Source of the DNA: Bacilli bacterium
GTDB lineage: Bacteria > Bacillota_I > Bacilli_A > RF39 > UBA660
DNA length: 64,000 nucleotides
NCBI GenBank assembly: GCA_017404555.1
Contig: JAFRCD010000002.1
Location: forward strand, 59,793-123,792
Reading direction: 5' to 3'
Below the pieces are notes generated by a model. That model was not told the origin of the DNA and ran no database searches. It saw nothing but the letters and a program-made list of their open reading frames with translations. The translations under genes and the position numbers were made by a program. Positions 61,808-64,000 of the stretch are shown here, one piece after another; within the stretch, counting starts at the first letter, position 1; every line of letters begins with the position of its first letter.

Positions 61808-63019
61808 CTATTTTAATTTTTTAGTTCCTTTTACTCCTCTCCTAGCTTGATATCCAGCTAAGATATTACTATCAAACGAATGAGTTTTACTTATTCTTTT
61901 TTTGTAATCTTTTACCCCAATATTAATTAGATTATTTAATAATTCTGTATAATCTATATTAATTGGTTCAAATAAATAGAATGAAAGAGATCCAGGAATA
62001 GAATTGATTTCATTGATGTAAACTTTCTTTGTTTTAGAATCAATTAAGAAATCAAAACGACATACACCAGATGATCCTAAAGCTTTAAAAGCTTTTAGAG
62101 CCATAGTTTCAATTTCTTCTTGCATATCTTTAGGTATCTTGGCTGGTATTTCTCTAGCAGCTGAAGCCATTCCTTTTGATCCTTTAGCTGGAACTTTAGC
62201 TCCTAATTTACCTTTAACTTTAGAAGAACCAATATATTTATCTTCATATGTTAGGAACTTATTACTTGATAAAACCTCTTCAATAGCACTAACTGTTTGT
62301 GATTCATAGTTACCTAAAATAGCAATATTACATTCCTTTAGGTTTTCTACTAATTCTTCAACAATAATTTTATTATCATAATTAATAGCTTCATCAAGCC
62401 CATCAATTAATTCTTTATCATCTTTACAAACAGCAATACCTACAGATGAACCAGTAGTTGCTGGTTTAACAATTACAGGATAAGATAGTTTTTTAATTTT
62501 CTTTAAAACTTCTTCTTCATTATCTTTGTACTCATTATCATAAAACCAAACATATTTAGTAATTGGTAATTTTTCATGTTCAAAGATATTTTTCATATAA
62601 ACTTTATCTTGTCCTACTACAGAAGCATAGACATTAGATCCTGTAAATGGTATTCCGATAGAAGTAAGATATCCTTGTAAAACACCATCCTCTACATTAG
62701 TACCATGAACTATTGGTAAAGCTATATCAATATCTGTAACTATTCTTTTAAAGCCTTTTTTATTTTGTAATACATATTTACCATCTTTGTAATATAGTAC
62801 AACATTAGTGGCATATTTCTTTAGTAAACTCATATCACTAAAAGTATCAATATCCATTAACATATGTCCTGTATACCACTCTCTTTTTTTATCGATATAG
62901 ATTGGTATTATCTCATATTTTTCTTGATTAATTTTATTCATGGCTTGAATAGCAGATATAATACTAACTTCATGTTCTACTGATTCTCCACCAAAAATAA
63001 CTCCTACTTTAATTCTCAT
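61808..63019 (-). CDS. ddl: D-alanine--D-alanine ligase (with a Lys/Ala/Gly-rich insertion of about 25 aa)
   Basis: MRIKVGVIFGGESVEHEVSIISA N-terminus and the ATP-grasp core. Insertion SSKVKGKLGAKVPAKGSKGMASAAREIPAKIP after the conserved KY motif. Confidence 0.9.
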   Translation of the reverse strand: MRIKVGVIFGGESVEHEVSIISAIQAMNKINQEKYEIIPIYIDKKREWYTGHMLMDIDTFSDMSLLKKYATNVVLYYKDGKYVLQNKKGFKRIVTDIDIALPIVHGTNVEDGVLQGYLTSIGIPFTGSNVYASVVGQDKVYMKNIFEHEKLPITKYVWFYDNEYKDNEEEVLKKIKKLSYPVIVKPATTGSSVGIAVCKDDKELIDGLDEAINYDNKIIVEELVENLKECNIAILGNYESQTVSAIEEVLSSNKFLTYEDKYIGSSKVKGKLGAKVPAKGSKGMASAAREIPAKIPKDMQEEIETMALKAFKALGSSGVCRFDFLIDSKTKKVYINEINSIPGSLSFYLFEPINIDYTELLNNLINIGVKDYKKRISKTHSFDSNILAGYQARRGVKGTKKLK

Positions 63020-63030
63020 ATATTTTCCTC

Positions 63031-64000
63031 CTATTCATTATATGTATCTGGTAGATCATTTTCAAAAAGTGCATAAACCTTTTCCTTACCACCAGTCAAT
63101 GTTCCTATAAATTTATATGCATCTTTAACATTATTATATGTAATAATATTGTCTTTAGGATAACCTTCTTCTATTAATCCTTCATAGATAGGTTTGGTTT
63201 TCTTTTCACCAATTAAAACTACATAATTGGCATCTGAAAGAGTCGCTATCTGTTTACCTAGTTCTTTATTATAATAATCTTCTTTATCACCTAATTCAAT
63301 CATTCCTGGAGTAACAACGACTTTAATACCATCAAACATTCCTAAAACTGTCATAGCACTTTTAGCACCAATTGGATTAGAGTTATAGGCATCATCTATT
63401 TGATAGAAACCTCCTAATTTCTTGATTTCTAAGCGGTGTTCTATCGGTTTAACTGTTCTTACTGCTTGAATTAGTTTATCCATTGGAATACCAAATTCTC
63501 TTCCACAGGCAATACCAGCTAAAATATTATAGACATTATGATAACCTAAAAGTTTAGTTGTAAATTGATATTTTTTCTTATCACCTTTAATCTTAAGGTC
63601 AAAAGTAGTTCCTTCGTGATTACATTTAATATTTGTAGCCTGGTAATCAGCATTTTCTTCTATACCAATCCAAATAACTTTAACTTTGTTTTTAAGTTCA
63701 TATTCTACTTGTTTAGGATCATCCTTATTTAGAATAGCAAAACCATCTTCAGGAAGAGATTCAATAAGTTCAAATTTACCATCTCTAATATTTTCCTCAC
63801 TACCGAAACTCTCTAAATGAGCTGTACCTATCCTAGTTAGAATACCATATTTAGGTTCTACTAGATCACATAGCTCCTTTATTTCACCTTTTTTATAGGC
63901 TCCCATTTCCGCAATAAAGATATCTGTAAATTTATCCAAAGTATTATTAATTGTCATCATTAGACCATTAGGAGTATTTAAATTCCTAGGACTTGGATAA
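63031..64000 (-). CDS. murF: UDP-MurNAc-tripeptide--D-alanyl-D-alanine ligase (C-terminal part; continues past the window end)
   Basis: Mur-ligase C-terminal domain (GAYKKGEI...TAHLESFGS...). The reading frame remains open upstream of 63960 to position 64000. Confidence 0.8.
   Translation of the reverse strand, partial: YPSPRNLNTPNGLMMTINNTLDKFTDIFIAEMGAYKKGEIKELCDLVEPKYGILTRIGTAHLESFGSEENIRDGKFELIESLPEDGFAILNKDDPKQVEYELKNKVKVIWIGIEENADYQATNIKCNHEGTTFDLKIKGDKKKYQFTTKLLGYHNVYNILAGIACGREFGIPMDKLIQAVRTVKPIEHRLEIKKLGGFYQIDDAYNSNPIGAKSAMTVLGMFDGIKVVVTPGMIELGDKEDYYNKELGKQIATLSDANYVVLIGEKKTKPIYEGLIEEGYPKDNIITYNNVKDAYKFIGTLTGGKEKVYALFENDLPDTYNE

Noticed and set aside
1-64000. Mollicutes-type genetic code (UGA=Trp), suggested by the very low GC content
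   Set aside because: All conserved genes (ftsZ, murG, potA, efp, etc.) read through as full-length proteins with the standard code, with no in-frame TGA required.
1-64000. CRISPR arrays, rRNA operons, IS elements, integrases or prophage
   Set aside because: No regularly spaced direct repeats, no transposase/integrase/recombinase ORFs and no rRNA-like sequence were seen. tRNA-Lys is followed by a housekeeping-type acyltransferase and ddl/murF, so it is not an island junction.

Overview
Summary: AT-rich chromosomal segment of a low-GC Gram-positive bacterium that is a spore former (Clostridia-like). It uses the standard code 11, and no in-frame UGA read-through is needed. About 65 of roughly 70 genes lie on the minus strand.

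Core content:
- Partial division/cell-wall cluster: murF-ddl ... class B PBP ... murG-murB-divIB-ftsA-ftsZ, plus ftsK/spoIIIE, deoD and an M16 peptidase pair.
- Ribosomal genes rplS, rpmF and rpmG, plus efp and lepB.
- A complete agmatine deiminase operon (aguB-aguD-aguA-aguC) directly downstream of potABCD.
- uppP next to a DUF368 (PopT-like) gene; a ZIP transporter; a CBS-containing family II pyrophosphatase; tmcAL divergent from yceD-rpmF.
- Two tRNAs with encoded CCA ends: Arg-UCU (minus strand) and Lys-CUU (plus strand).

Sporulation signature:
- A GerE orthologue.
- A SpoIIIAH-like gene detached from any spoIIIA operon.
- A GerM-like gene.
- A tandem CotY/CotZ-family pair of cysteine-rich coat proteins.
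- SigK-type promoter motifs (AC-N17-CATAnnnTA) upstream of gerE and of the cot pair.

Accessory / surface content:
- A class B sortase, truncated at the window start.
- Three predicted sortase substrates with (S/P)PVTG sorting signals. Two are paralogues that share a 21-nt upstream motif. One carries DUF285-type repeats; another carries a CnaB-like domain.
- A 636-aa type IV prepilin-like protein with cysteine-rich Ig-like repeats and no pilus machinery nearby.
- An orphan histidine kinase.
- A membrane-anchored EIIB-like domain lacking the phosphorylatable Cys.
- A cluster of five genes with uncertain function: an MBL-fold protein, an HExxH protein, a YD-repeat lipoprotein, a small acidic protein and a membrane protein.

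No transposases, integrases, CRISPR arrays or rRNA genes were seen.
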